Source of the DNA: Candidatus Velthaea sp.
GTDB taxonomy: Bacteria; Vulcanimicrobiota; Vulcanimicrobiia; Vulcanimicrobiales; Vulcanimicrobiaceae
Assembly: GCA_050012475.1 (NCBI GenBank)
Contig: JBEKHC010000002.1
Coordinates: 44,981 to 108,980, forward strand
Direction of reading: 5' to 3'
DNA: 64,000 nucleotides
Below are positions 10,701 through 22,424 of the stretch, piece after piece. The notes beneath the pieces are model-generated. The model had not been told where the DNA came from, did no database searches, and worked only from the letters and a program-made list of their open reading frames with translations. Positions within the stretch are counted from its first letter, which is position 1, and each line of letters begins with the position of its first letter. A program made the translations under genes and the position numbers.

Positions 10701-10945
10701 GAGTTCATCGTTTGCAGATCGGGGCTTCCGGCGATCTGGTCTTCGATCGGCGCAACGATGCTGTCGCGCATCACGGTCGTGGTCGCGCCGTTGTAGGTCA
10801 GCTGCACGCGGATCGTCGGCTGCGATACGTTCGGGTACTGCTGACGAACCAGCGTCGCCCACGCGATCGATCCGGCGAGCAGGATGAGGGCGAGCAGCAC
10901 GAAGACCAGCGTCGGGCGCCGGACAAAAAGCGTCGTCAGCCACAT
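7712..10945 (-). CDS. RND efflux permease, AcrB/AcrD/AcrF family
   Basis: 1077 aa. Motifs GILVDDSTVVLENI, GLVTKNGILLVDYAN and RFRPIIMTS. Confidence 0.95.
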   Translation of the reverse strand: MWLTTLFVRRPTLVFVLLALILLAGSIAWATLVRQQYPNVSQPTIRVQLTYNGATTTVMRDSIVAPIEDQIAGSPDLQTMNSTIQNGQATIAAIFTLNSDENTDLVNVQKAVQAASHNLPTDLTAPVVQVNDPSEAVVVTLSLTSSKMTASKLSLIAQGRIVPAFEQVPGVSNVTEGGNVTPAYEVTVDPQRLVANKLTLTDVINTVGASNVRAPGGIVYQPNREVNVDIRGDIISPESILGLAISPLTSTVTAQTAGAVGGNAGTIDPWTSAASVLRIADVASVADSYEPRRTAAGVNGLNGVFLQIQKASDASEVDASNNVLAQLPKIRAQFPDINFGVINVQSKYTAMQLDGVMRTLSEGIVLTGIVMLFFLGSWRNAIVVLIAIPASLGVALFAMKMLGLTLDTISLLGMTLVIGILVDDSTVVLENIERHFEMGQDPVAAAITGRTEIGVAAIVITLVDVVVFLPIAFIQSQVGRNLAEFGVVVVISTLTSLFVCFTITPSLAANWALRSNWQPWGIIRAFERGFSNLRSHYAHKVLPWGLRHRIPFVLICLVTFVGSVLLIPTGIVGEEFIPPQDRGEIFIQVQYPIGTPLSTVCSKMNGLETALRKNNADIDADIAVCGAYAAPFGGFVSQGNVGQVHVWLRADRHDSTDYWVAQFRKIAQRTVPAGAPVVVPATGTQGGNAQPIDELVSDIGGGDPTKYAQTAYTVMQQTPGARSVLSSDSAQQPQVELLFDRARAQALNVSIGTAANAARAAFGGSIATQFETTDGLEQVQVIYPIEDQTSLAEFNAIPIRSTTNQIVHLGDFATFKWEPAPPIIIRVDRNSVVHISANVAAGSSLSNVQNAFLNKIQAVAKQQKWPQTIVVRPAPLGQQDLMGQTLLGLGTSLILSVVLVFLLMVALYNSYRSPFIILFSVPVAAVGALGALALTRETLNLFSLIGTILLVGLVTKNGILLVDYANTLRERGESKLQAIQESAFTRFRPIIMTSVSVIAGNFPLALALEPGSSVRSSLGVVVIGGITSSLILTLVLVPIMYMWLAPEHFVGAHGIPPSETPAPSPDGVLRPAEAAHP

Positions 10946-10957
10946 ACCAGACCGGCC

Positions 10958-14521
<3,564 letters not shown>

Positions 14522-14691
14522 CGCGGCGCTTCAGTCGGGTGCGCGACAATCTTTACGGACGGTTGCGCTGCGGCGGGCACGTTTCTGAACATCCTGACGG
14601 CAGGGCGGCGTATCGGGCAGGACTAATTGGGCGAGACCCCTTTTTGGGGTGAAGACAGAGAAAAAAGCTTACCTACTGTGGAGTGTTTCGC

Positions 14692-15939
14692 ATGCCGACT
14701 GAACCGTCGGGCCACTCGCAGTCGACTTCAGCGGCCGATTCGGCCGCTGAGAGCGATGTAGCACGTCCCTTCAAGGGATTCGCTACGCGAGCGATCCGTA
14801 TAGGCCAAGATCCGTGTAAATCGACCGGATCGACCATCGTCCCCATCTACCAAACCGCGACGTTCACCCAAGAATCCGTGGGCGTCACCAAGGGCTTCGA
14901 CTACTCGCGCTCGGCCAATCCAACCCGCCGAGCCTTGGAATCCGCCCTCGCCGATCTCGAAGGCGCCCGCTTCGGAAGCGCGTTCGGATCCGGAATGGCA
15001 GCCGTGAACGCTGCAACCGCATCGTTCTTGCGCACCGGCGACCACATTCTAGCGACGCGCGACATCTACGGCGGTACCTGGCGCCTCCTGAGCGACGTCC
15101 TGCCGCGCTTCGGCATCGAAACCAGTTATGTCGACATGGCCGATCTCGACGCCGTTCGGGCAGCGATCAGGCCCAACACCAAGCTGTTCTGGGTTGAGAC
15201 ACCGACGAATCCGCTGCTGACGCTCATCGACATCCAGTCGATCTGCACGCTGCGCCGGCCCGGGCAGATCGTCGTCGTCGACAACACGTTCTGCTCGCCG
15301 TATTTTCAGCGGCCGCTCGAACTCGGCGCTGACGTCGTCATGCACTCGACCACCAAGTACATCAACGGGCACTCCGACGTGGTGGGCGGCGTGGTCATCA
15401 CCGACAACGCCGATCTCGCCGCGCAAGTCGCGTTCCATCAGAACGCCGTCGGCGCCGTCCCCGGTCCACAGGACGCCTATCTGACGCTGCGCGGCGCCAA
15501 GACGCTCGCGCTGCGCATGCGCGAACACGAGCGTAACGCCCACGCGGTGGCCGATTGGCTCAGGACGCGCGAGGACATCGCGGAGGTCTACTATCCGGGT
15601 CTGGCCGATCACCCGCAGCACGAGCTGGCGAAGCGCCAAATGCACGGCTTCGGCGGGGTCGTGTCGTTCCGTGTGCGCGGGGAGGCGACGCGCGCCCACG
15701 ATCTCGCCAAACGCACGCGCATCTTCAACCTCGCGACGTCGCTGGGCGGGGTCGAATCGCTGATCTGCAGCCCGGCCGTCATGACCCACGGGTCGCTCCC
15801 GCTCGAGAAGAAAGCCGAACTCGGCGTGACGCCGGATCTGCTTCGGCTTTCGGTCGGGATCGAAGACATCGATGACATCATCGCCGACCTTCAGGCCGCC
15901 CTGGACGCGACGATCGAACAGGCGCTCGTCCCGGCCTAA
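14692..15939 (+). CDS. PLP-dependent cystathionine gamma-synthase/gamma-lyase (Cys/Met metabolism family)
   Basis: PIYQTATF, YSRSANPT, ETPTNP, DNTF, HSTTKYINGHSD and SLGGVESL. Confidence 0.93.
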   Translation: MPTEPSGHSQSTSAADSAAESDVARPFKGFATRAIRIGQDPCKSTGSTIVPIYQTATFTQESVGVTKGFDYSRSANPTRRALESALADLEGARFGSAFGSGMAAVNAATASFLRTGDHILATRDIYGGTWRLLSDVLPRFGIETSYVDMADLDAVRAAIRPNTKLFWVETPTNPLLTLIDIQSICTLRRPGQIVVVDNTFCSPYFQRPLELGADVVMHSTTKYINGHSDVVGGVVITDNADLAAQVAFHQNAVGAVPGPQDAYLTLRGAKTLALRMREHERNAHAVADWLRTREDIAEVYYPGLADHPQHELAKRQMHGFGGVVSFRVRGEATRAHDLAKRTRIFNLATSLGGVESLICSPAVMTHGSLPLEKKAELGVTPDLLRLSVGIEDIDDIIADLQAALDATIEQALVPA

Positions 15940-15957
15940 CCAACCGCCGGCTTGACA

Positions 15958-15992
15958 AAGGCTCCCGTCGCGGACGCAACGGGAGCCTTCTT
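15958..15992. terminator. Probable bidirectional intrinsic terminator
   Basis: 11-bp stem aaggctcccgt/acgggagcctt between the convergent trans-sulfuration gene and mazF. Confidence 0.6.
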
Positions 15993-16008
15993 GCGGCCCG
16001 AACGCGGT

Positions 16009-16332
16009 CTAGGGCGCGAACATTGCCTGGAGCGTGGTCAGAATGTCGCCCATGGTCCGGGCATCCACTTTTCCGATGCGTTTCCCGAGCCGAACGGTAT
16101 CGACCGTTCGCAGTTGATCGAGAACGACCGACGACGGCCTTCCGGCGACGGTTGTCGTCACTCGAAAGCGGAGCTGGCGTACCGTGCTCGTGAGCGGGGC
16201 TACGATGACTCGGCTGAGCCGGCTATTCAATTCGTCGGGCGATACGACGATGCACGGACGCGTTTTTTGAATTTCCGATCCAACAGCCGGATCGAGTGCG
16301 ACCCAGTAGATCTCACTCCGTTTCGCTACCAA
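16009..16332 (-). CDS. mazF: Type II TA toxin, PemK/MazF endoribonuclease
   Basis: IYWVALDPAVGSEIQKTRPCIVVS…VIVAPLTS…DQLRTVD. It overlaps the antitoxin stop. Confidence 0.93.
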   Translation of the reverse strand: MVAKRSEIYWVALDPAVGSEIQKTRPCIVVSPDELNSRLSRVIVAPLTSTVRQLRFRVTTTVAGRPSSVVLDQLRTVDTVRLGKRIGKVDARTMGDILTTLQAMFAP

Positions 16333-16583
16333 ATAAGTTCGCCGCGCGACGAGGCGTCGAGATCGGCCTCGAGCCAGTCGCGTTCCTCCGCGCCATCGAC
16401 CACCGAAGCGGCGTCGTCGGCCCAGCCTTCGCGCGGATGGACAGCGATCTTGCGAAGGATGATCGACGACCCGTCGACGGTCATCTCAACCGGAGAGTCG
16501 ATCGCGAAGCCTGCTTCGTCCAGGATATTTCGCGGAATGGAGACGCCCTGCGAATTTCCTAGCCGCCGTATCGTCGTCCTCAT
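16326..16583 (-). CDS. mazE: Type II TA antitoxin, AbrB/MazE family
   Basis: MRTTIRRLGNSQGVSIPR (swapped-hairpin motif), an acidic C-terminus and position upstream of the toxin. Confidence 0.9.
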   Translation of the reverse strand: MRTTIRRLGNSQGVSIPRNILDEAGFAIDSPVEMTVDGSSIILRKIAVHPREGWADDAASVVDGAEERDWLEADLDASSRGELIW

Positions 16584-16600
16584 GTAGTACATTGTAACAC
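16583..16600 (-). promoter_or_regulatory. -10 box (TACAAT) and imperfect palindromic operator of a leaderless mazEF promoter
   Basis: The minus strand reads tgttacaatgtactacATG. TACAAT lies 7 nt before the ATG, there is no SD, and the site is an imperfect inverted repeat. Confidence 0.55.
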
Positions 16601-16646
16601 GCATCTGGTCACCCTGCCAATCCGCCATGCGGGAGGCCACCGTGCC

Positions 16647-17114
16647 TCAATGCAGCCGGCGAATGATGACTTTCGCGAACGGTTCGACTTCGTCGTATGA
16701 GGCCATGTGGCTTTGCGGTACGACGCGGACCGCGACGTCGCGGTGGTGCTTGACGACGTACACCGTGCCGTTGTAAAGCGTCACCTCCGCGCCCAAGCCG
16801 CCGACGTGTCGGGCGAGACCGGCGGCGTTCGGATCGTTGTACACGCTGATGCCGGGATAGTCGCTGCCGGGATCGGGGGTGATGACGATGACTTGGCCCT
16901 GCGAACTGGAGATGAAGCACATCGCGCCGGTGCCGCCGTGCAGGTCGTAGGGGCGCCGTTCGCGCCCGTCGACGGTCCAGCCCAAGAGGTGCAGCACGTC
17001 GTCGTTCGTGACGAAGGCGCACGGATTGAGCGGTTTCTCGATCGAAGCGCGCGCTGCCGCCGGATTTCCGGCAAAGGCCAGCGTCACGGCGAGTACCACC
17101 CACCCGGTCAGCAT
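16647..17114 (-). CDS. Hypothetical secreted protein
   Basis: Signal peptide MLTGWVVLAVTLAFAG followed by LNPCAFVT…C. It follows nnr directly (an alternative GTG start at 17123 overlaps the nnr stop). Confidence 0.65.
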   Translation of the reverse strand: MLTGWVVLAVTLAFAGNPAAARASIEKPLNPCAFVTNDDVLHLLGWTVDGRERRPYDLHGGTGAMCFISSSQGQVIVITPDPGSDYPGISVYNDPNAAGLARHVGGLGAEVTLYNGTVYVVKHHRDVAVRVVPQSHMASYDEVEPFAKVIIRRLH

Positions 17115-17122
17115 CTTTGCCA

Positions 17123-18631
17123 CTAAAAAATCCGCTGGGGGTCGGCCGCGGCCGGCTGCGGACGCGCCGCTTCGCTGAGCGCTTCGGCGACGTCGCCGGC
17201 GATGACCCCGACCGGGCGCTGCGCGCCGGCGATGCTGCCGGCCCGCCCGTGCCAGAACGCCCCGACCCGGGCCGCATCGATCGGTGCCAGCCCTTGGGCG
17301 AGCAGCGTCGCGATGATGCCGGTCAGCACGTCGCCGGTGCCCGCCGTCGCCAAAGCGGGCGTTCCGGTGGGGTTCACGTGAACGGTAATGCGGTCGGCGA
17401 CGAGGGTAGAGCGGCCTTTGAGCAGCGTCGTCACCTCGTGCTCGGCGACGAACGCGCGCAGCCGCGGCAACCGGTCGTGGGGTTCGAGCCGGCCGAGACC
17501 GGTGAGCCGGGCGAATTCGCCCGCGTGCGGCGTGATTACCACGCGCTTCCCGTGCAAGATGCTCAGGTGCTTGCCGAGGTGGAACAGGGCGCTGGCGTCG
17601 GCGACGATCGGGAGTTCGGTGCGGGCGATCACGCTGCGCACGATCGTACCGACGGTTTCGCTGAGCCCGAGGCCCGGCCCGATCGCAATCGAGCCGCAAT
17701 GGTTGAGCAAGTCGCAGATCTCGCCCGCGCCGCCCAGCGCGTCCCGGTCGTTGAAGGTCACCACGACCTGCTCGATGAGGTGGCTGCGAATCGCCGCCGC
17801 GGCGCCGGACGGCGTCGCGACCGTCACGTAGCCGGCTCCGCTGCGGGCCGCGCCCCGCGCACACAGGACCGCGGCGCCTGGAAACTGTTCCGAACCGGCC
17901 AGGATCAACGGCGCGCCGGCCCGGCGCTTGTCGGTTTCGCCTTCGCGCCTGGGCAGCAGCCGGCTGAATTCACCCTCGGTGAGCACGTGCGCCGAACCCT
18001 CGGGGGCGCCGGCGTCGTCCGCCGCCATGCCGAGATCATCGCACCAGAGCTGTCCGGTCGAGGAGCGTCCCGGTTCGAGAAAACAGCCCAGCTTCGGCGC
18101 GCCCAGAGCGATCGTCGCGACGGCGCGTACGCACGTTTCGTCCACCGCGCCCGTCGTTGGATCGAGCCCGGTGGGAACGTCGATGGCCAGAATCGGCGCT
18201 CCGGCGCCGTTGATTGCGACGACCAGCGCCGCGCTGGTGGGGTCGAGCGGCAGCCGCGCGTTCGCCCCCAAAATCCCATCGAGCAGCAGCCCGGCCCCGG
18301 CAAGCGTCGTCGAATCGACGATGAGCGGCCGAAAGACGACGCCGGCGGTTCGGGCGCGGTCCCGCGCGTCGACGCGGGCAGCCGAGCCGGCGACGCTTTG
18401 ATCGCAGTACACGATGCGCGAGCGCGCACCGTCGAGCGCTGCGAGCGCCGCGAAGACGTCTCCGCCGTTGTTCCCGTTGCCGGCGATGCCCACGATCGGT
18501 CCAGGCTGTGCGTAGTGCGGGATGAGCGCCGCGATGGCATCGCCGGCCCGGCGCATCAGAGTGATCTCGCCGTCGCGCGCGACCGCGGCCGCGTCGATTG
18601 CGCGCATTTCCGCGGCGGTCGGCGCGCGCAT
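17123..18631 (-). CDS. nnr: Bifunctional NAD(P)HX epimerase/dehydratase (YjeF/Nnr)
   Basis: GNGNNGGD, AIDVPTG, IGPGLG, ITPHAGEFARL and LATAGTGDVLTG. Confidence 0.95.
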   Translation of the reverse strand: MRAPTAAEMRAIDAAAVARDGEITLMRRAGDAIAALIPHYAQPGPIVGIAGNGNNGGDVFAALAALDGARSRIVYCDQSVAGSAARVDARDRARTAGVVFRPLIVDSTTLAGAGLLLDGILGANARLPLDPTSAALVVAINGAGAPILAIDVPTGLDPTTGAVDETCVRAVATIALGAPKLGCFLEPGRSSTGQLWCDDLGMAADDAGAPEGSAHVLTEGEFSRLLPRREGETDKRRAGAPLILAGSEQFPGAAVLCARGAARSGAGYVTVATPSGAAAAIRSHLIEQVVVTFNDRDALGGAGEICDLLNHCGSIAIGPGLGLSETVGTIVRSVIARTELPIVADASALFHLGKHLSILHGKRVVITPHAGEFARLTGLGRLEPHDRLPRLRAFVAEHEVTTLLKGRSTLVADRITVHVNPTGTPALATAGTGDVLTGIIATLLAQGLAPIDAARVGAFWHGRAGSIAGAQRPVGVIAGDVAEALSEAARPQPAAADPQRIF

Positions 18632-18993
18632 CAGCCTTCGAGCACGACGACGGCAGCGGCCGTCGTCGCGGTGTGGGTGATGGTGAGGTGGATGGCGGTG
18701 ACGCCGCGCCGCGCGCGCAACTCGGCATATTTCCCCAGCAGCACGATGGCCGGTTTGCCGGACGCTTCGTGAGTCACACCGACGGCACGCCAAGGGATGG
18801 CGTGACCGAACGCTTTGCGCGTCGCCTCCTTGGCTGCGAAGAAGCCGGCGAGCCGCTCGGGCCAATTGCGCTTGCGCATGGCGTACGCCATTTCTTCGGC
18901 GGTGTAGACTTTGCGCGCGAATCGCTCGCGTTGCACGGGGTCGAATGCATAGCGCTCGACCTCGGCTAGGTCGATGCCTAAACCCACGATCAT
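18631..18993 (-). CDS. acpS: Holo-[acyl-carrier-protein] synthase
   Basis: IVGLGIDL, FAAKEATRKA, SGKP and HLTITH. Its stop overlaps the nnr start. Confidence 0.93.
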   Translation of the reverse strand: MIVGLGIDLAEVERYAFDPVQRERFARKVYTAEEMAYAMRKRNWPERLAGFFAAKEATRKAFGHAIPWRAVGVTHEASGKPAIVLLGKYAELRARRGVTAIHLTITHTATTAAAVVVLEG

Positions 18994-19057
18994 TTCGAGC
19001 CGTTTCGCGTGTGGCGAGCCCAGGACCGCCTGTCCATTTTGAGGAAATTGTGCCACC

Positions 19058-19588
19058 GTGAGTGAGCTCAGTATCGTTCCGATCAATACGATCGACACCG
19101 GACTTCTCACCCGTCTGGCGCTGTGTCTTGAAGAGCGCTTTTTATATCGGTGTGTGGTGCGCACGCCGCTGACGGTGCCGAAGACCGTGCTCAACAACGT
19201 GCGCAAGCAGTTGTTTTTCGGGTCGATTGCAGCCAAGCTGTGCGCCGCGTACGAGCCGCACGACGAGTTGCTGCTGGGCGTCACCGACTTCGATCTTTAC
19301 AAGACGTCGCATCAATTCATTTTTGGGAGTTCCAGCCCCGCGCAGCGCTGCGCCGTCGTGTCGATCCATCGTCTGCGGGCGGAATTTTACGGCCAGAAAT
19401 CCGATGAAAACGCGCTCTTTCAGCGGCTGCTCAAAGAAAGCGTGCACGAAATCGGCCATGCGCTCGGGCTCAAGCACTGCTATAACGCGCGGTGTGCGAT
19501 GTACTACTCGAATTCGATCTTCGACACCGATAACAAATATTCGCAATTTTGCGAGGTTTGCGACAAGCGTAGCCGCGCCAGCCGCTGA
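19058..19588 (+). CDS. Archaemetzincin-family Zn metalloprotease (M54)
   Basis: HEIGHALGLKHC…C-A-M and C-terminal CEVC (Cys4 site), plus GVTDFDLY. Confidence 0.88.
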   Translation: MSELSIVPINTIDTGLLTRLALCLEERFLYRCVVRTPLTVPKTVLNNVRKQLFFGSIAAKLCAAYEPHDELLLGVTDFDLYKTSHQFIFGSSSPAQRCAVVSIHRLRAEFYGQKSDENALFQRLLKESVHEIGHALGLKHCYNARCAMYYSNSIFDTDNKYSQFCEVCDKRSRASR

Positions 19589-19640
19589 GGCGAAGTGTTT
19601 GTCCTGCGTTAATCCGTAGCGCCGCGGCCCGGTCGACACC

Positions 19641-19667
19641 GTTTCAGCCGCAATCAGCAGCCGATAA
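19641..19667 (+). promoter_or_regulatory. Possible sigma-28 (FliA-type) promoter
   Basis: Perfect GCCGATAA -10 at 19660-19667 upstream of a chemoreceptor. The -35 match is poor. Confidence 0.4.
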
Positions 19668-19734
19668 TTCCGCGTAGGACGGTTACGCGTTGACGGTCGG
19701 TGCAGCGCTGGGGGCCGTCCCGGTGAAGGGTCGC

Positions 19735-22350
19735 ATGTTAAAATATTGGCGTGACAGCAAGCTCGGCGTAAAACTGTCGGCTGGGTTCGCCCTCGTTATG
19801 TCCGTGTTCGTCATCGCGATGGGCGGTATGGCGTACCTCAACGCCAGAGTCGAAGGCGCGCAAAATCTTCAAGACGCGGTTCTCATTCCCGCGCGGGCGA
19901 ACATCAAAGACGCCGCCCTGGCCCTGTATACCGCGCGCGCCGACGGCTGGTTTTTTGTCGCGGACGGCAACCAAACCGAACGTGCCGCTCACCTGATCAA
20001 ATATCGGGCCGACCTCAAAGATCTCACGGCGAAGCTGGACAACGCCACGCGCTACGAAAATAACGCGGCGCAAGTAGCTGCACTTGCCGACTTTCATACG
20101 CTGCTGGAAGGCTCCGATGATTCGCGCGGCTTTCTCGAACAGAACGAGTCGGCGTTTGCGCTCAAGGCCGCTGGCAAAGATAGTGCCGCGATCGCCGCCT
20201 ACGGAAACGTCCACGTCGCGCCCCTCATCAAGGTGGAAGAACGCTATCGCGATGCGACGCTCGGGCGGATCAGCGAGAACGCAAAGCAGATCCAACGGCT
20301 CAGATCGCTCGCTGTGACGCTTGGATGTTCGCTCGCGGGCCTGGCGCTGCTGCTCGGGTTCGCGATTTCGGCGCTGATGTCGCGCAGCATCGCACGCACC
20401 ATCGGAGCCATAACCGCCGCCGTCAAAACGATTGTTAACGAAGATATCGGCGCACTGACGCTGATCCTGGGCCGGCTCCGGGCCGGCGATCTCGATGCGC
20501 GGTTTGCCTCCAACCGCGTTGCGCTGCACGTTTCCGGCAACGACGAGATCGGAACGTTGGTCAAGGCGTACAACTCACTCGCTGAGGCCTTGCACGAGAT
20601 GGCCGGCGAATACGAGGCTGCGACCAACGTCTTGTCCGGGCTTTTGCAAGCGCAAGCGGAGATGAAACGCGAGCACGACGCCGGCGCCATCGACGCGCAC
20701 CTTCCGGCCGAGCGGTTCGAAGGCGCCTATCGCGCGATGGCGCAGGAAATGAACGACCTCGTCGCCAGTCACATCACGGTCAAGATGCACGTCGTCGACG
20801 CCGTCACCCGCTACGCCAACGGCGATTTTTCGGTCGACATCGAACGGCTGCCGGGTAAGAAGGCAGCGATCACCGCAGCGGTCGACCGGGTCAAGGCGGA
20901 ACTGCTCCAAGCGCGCGAGTCGGCCGTCGCGAATGCCCGCATCAAGGCCGCGCTCGATCATGTTTCGACCAATGCGATGATCGCCGATCACACCGATACG
21001 ATCATCTATCTCAACCGCGCCGCCGGGCAGCTGATGCAGACCGCCGAGCAGCGGATCCGGCAAGATTTGCCGGACATGCGCGCCGACGCACTTCTCGGCA
21101 GCAAGATCGATCAGTTTCACCGGTCGCCCGCGCGCCAGCACGACATGCTCGCGAATCTTCAGGGCACGCATTACGTCGAAATCATGCTGGGCGGCATGAC
21201 GTTCGGTCTGACGGCGAATCCGGTGCTCGCCGCGGACGGTTCCCGCTTGGGAACCGTGCTCGAATGGCGAGATCGCACCGCTGAAGTTGCTGTCGAGCGC
21301 GATACCAACGCCATCGTCGAGGCCGCCATCGCCGGTGACTTCAGCAAACGGCTGGCCCTCGACGGTCGCGAAGGTTTCTTCCGCATCCTCGCCGAGCGCA
21401 TCAACGCGTTGATGGAAACCTCCGACGTCGGCCTGGGCGAAGTCGTGCGTGTCTTGAGCGCACTGGCCGAGAACGATCTCAGCGAGTCGATTCACGGCGA
21501 TTACCAGGGGACGTTCGGACGGCTCAAAGACGACTCCAACCGCACCGTCGAAAGTCTGACCGCGACGATCTCGCAGATCACCCAAGCCGTCGACGCCGTG
21601 TCGACTGCCGCGCGCGAAATCGCCGTCGGCAACAGCGACCTCTCCCAGCGCACCGAAGAGCAAGCCTCGAGTTTGGAAGAGACCGCTTCGAGCATGGAAG
21701 AACTCACCTCGACGGTCAAGCAGAACGCCGACAACGCCAAGCAAGCCAATCAATTGGCTATCGGCGCCAGCGCCATCGCCGTCAAGGGCGGCGAAGTCGT
21801 CGGGCAGGTCGTCAACACGATGGCGTCGATCAGCGCCTCGTCCAAGAAGATCGAAGACATCATCAGCGTCATCGACGGGATCGCGTTCCAAACCAACATC
21901 CTCGCGCTCAACGCCGCGGTCGAAGCTGCGCGCGCGGGCGAACAGGGCCGCGGCTTCGCGGTCGTGGCGGGCGAGGTCCGCAGTTTGGCGCAACGCTCCG
22001 CGGGCGCGGCCAAAGAGATCAAGGCGCTCATCGTCGATTCGGTCGAACGGGCCAACGCGGGCAGCGCACTGGCCGACCATGCCGGCAAGACCATGGATGA
22101 AATCGTCGCCGCGGTCAAACGCGTCACCGACATCATGGCCGAGATTTCGGCGGCTTCGCTCGAACAAGGTGCGGGGATCGGCCAAGTCAATACCGCGATC
22201 GCGCAGATGGACCAAGTCACCCAACAGAACGCCGCGCTCGTCGAGGAAGTCGCCGCGGCGGCCGGTTCGCTGCAAGATCTCGCGCAGTCGCTGGTCGAGG
22301 CGGTGAGCGTGTTCAAGCTCGCCGAGCGCGCGCCGGCAGCGGCGGGCTAA
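19735..22350 (+). CDS. Methyl-accepting chemotaxis protein: 2 TM + periplasmic domain + poly-HAMP + Aer2-type PAS + MA domain
   Basis: Signalling hairpin [43 protein letters not shown] region [18 protein letters not shown]…DQFHRSP…LEWRDRT. Confidence 0.93.
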   Translation: MLKYWRDSKLGVKLSAGFALVMSVFVIAMGGMAYLNARVEGAQNLQDAVLIPARANIKDAALALYTARADGWFFVADGNQTERAAHLIKYRADLKDLTAKLDNATRYENNAAQVAALADFHTLLEGSDDSRGFLEQNESAFALKAAGKDSAAIAAYGNVHVAPLIKVEERYRDATLGRISENAKQIQRLRSLAVTLGCSLAGLALLLGFAISALMSRSIARTIGAITAAVKTIVNEDIGALTLILGRLRAGDLDARFASNRVALHVSGNDEIGTLVKAYNSLAEALHEMAGEYEAATNVLSGLLQAQAEMKREHDAGAIDAHLPAERFEGAYRAMAQEMNDLVASHITVKMHVVDAVTRYANGDFSVDIERLPGKKAAITAAVDRVKAELLQARESAVANARIKAALDHVSTNAMIADHTDTIIYLNRAAGQLMQTAEQRIRQDLPDMRADALLGSKIDQFHRSPARQHDMLANLQGTHYVEIMLGGMTFGLTANPVLAADGSRLGTVLEWRDRTAEVAVERDTNAIVEAAIAGDFSKRLALDGREGFFRILAERINALMETSDVGLGEVVRVLSALAENDLSESIHGDYQGTFGRLKDDSNRTVESLTATISQITQAVDAVSTAAREIAVGNSDLSQRTEEQASSLEETASSMEELTSTVKQNADNAKQANQLAIGASAIAVKGGEVVGQVVNTMASISASSKKIEDIISVIDGIAFQTNILALNAAVEAARAGEQGRGFAVVAGEVRSLAQRSAGAAKEIKALIVDSVERANAGSALADHAGKTMDEIVAAVKRVTDIMAEISAASLEQGAGIGQVNTAIAQMDQVTQQNAALVEEVAAAAGSLQDLAQSLVEAVSVFKLAERAPAAAG

Positions 22351-22424
22351 CTGGTGAATCGCTGCCCGAAACGCGCGCGGGCGGCGAAGGCCGGATCGAT
22401 CGGGAGGCCCAATGCTCGCTGTCT

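Noticed and set aside
14522..14691. SAM riboswitch upstream of the trans-sulfuration gene
   Set aside because: I recognise no SAM-I/II/IV consensus, only a short acccc/ggggt hairpin.
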